From positions 496,001 to 560,000 of the forward strand of contig RSEE01000020.1 of the NCBI GenBank assembly GCA_003971905.1: a stretch of DNA of 64,000 nt, read 5' to 3'. Source of the DNA: Moniliella sp. 'wahieum' (taxonomy: Eukaryota). The translations under genes and the position numbers were made by a program. Of the stretch, positions 63,254 to 64,000 are shown piece by piece; the stretch's first letter is position 1, and each line of letters begins with the position of its first letter. The notes under the pieces were generated by a model. That model ran no database searches. It had not been told where the DNA came from and saw nothing but the letters and a program-made list of their open reading frames with translations.

Positions 63254-64000
63254 ATGTCGGGTCCACCCGGCACTGGCGCCCGCAGCGTTGCGCGCGTGTA
63301 CGCCGACGCCAACGCCCTCCTGGGCCGCGCGTGGTGGGACTATGACAATGTGAGTGTCCAGTGGGGCTCCCAAGACCATTACGAGATCCTACGCAAGGTC
63401 GGCCGCGGCAAGTACTCCGAGGTGTTTGAAGGGGTCAATGTCGGTGGCGTTCAGCCTGCCCAGAAAACCTGTTCCCGTCCCTGGTACCAACGCGGCTGCT
63501 GCGTCGACGTCGGAGCCTGCGTCTGGCCCGACGGGCCCAGCCACTGGACCGCCGGCCAAGTGCTCATCAAGGTGCTCAAGCCGTCAAGAAAAAGAAATCA
63601 AGCGCGAAATCAAGATTTTGCAGAACCTGGCTGGCGGGCCTAACGTGGTGGGACTTCTCGATGTGGTGCGCGCCCACAGGTACGTGCCTTCTTCATCTCT
63701 TTCTTGACTCTGGCGTTCGCCATGCCACGCGCACCGTACTAACCCTCTCGTCCCCCAACTCCCCGCTTGCAGTCCAAGACGCCCTCGATCATCACCGAGT
63801 ATGTCAACAACACCGACTTCAAAGTCCTCTACCCGCGCCTTACCGACTTTGACGTGCGCTACTACCTGTTTGAGCTGCTCAAGGTATGTTTGTTCTCCCC
63901 TTGAGGCGCAGCGAGGAAAGATGGATGCGTACTGACATTTGAGGTTGGATGCTAGGCGCTGGACTTTTGCCATTCACGGGGCATCATGCACCGCGACGTG
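63254..64000 (+). CDS. CKA1: Casein kinase II catalytic alpha subunit (3' truncated by window)
   Basis: [75 protein letters not shown]. Introns 63680-63772 and 63884-63955. Confidence 0.97.

Noticed and set aside
1..64000. Frameshifts in almost every gene, suggesting mass pseudogenisation or programmed frameshifting
   Set aside because: They affect core genes (CK2, BDF1, MRH4) whose motifs are intact and often fall at homopolymer runs. Long-read indel errors are the simplest explanation; short-read polishing would confirm this.

Overview
Eukaryotic, intron-containing, GC-rich fungal genomic DNA. It is most likely a basidiomycete, and Ustilaginomycotina is an inference from gene style. Nearly every gene is broken by 1-nt indels, often at homopolymers, which points to an unpolished long-read assembly rather than true pseudogenes, so many gene ends are approximate. 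Gene order: membrane-anchored GHSGG alpha/beta-hydrolase (-), SWIM-zinc-finger-fused minimal ATP-dependent DNA ligase (+), Mds3/Pmd1-like kelch-BTB protein (+), hypothetical protein (+), Ecl1-family protein (-), Zn2Cys6 transcription factor (+), possible small Cys-motif gene (+), Mrh4-like DEAD-box helicase (-), convergent intron-containing tRNA-Gly(GCC) and tRNA-Phe(GAA), and Ssh4-like SPRY protein (-). A ~16 kb gene-poor, transposon-relic island follows (36.4-52.3 kb). It holds two LTR-like repeat families, a 378-bp MITE with a 7-bp TSD, and an orphan gene ending in a 33-bp coding minisatellite. The window closes with an ankyrin+2xCCCH protein (-), an R3HCC1-like RRM protein (-), Npy1 NADH pyrophosphatase (-), Bdf1 (-) and CK2 alpha (+, truncated). 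The most unusual signals are three: a window-wide family of 7-bp-period tandem repeats built from about ten different A....T palindromic hexamers, the SWIM-ligase fusion, and the MITE with its empty-site paralog.
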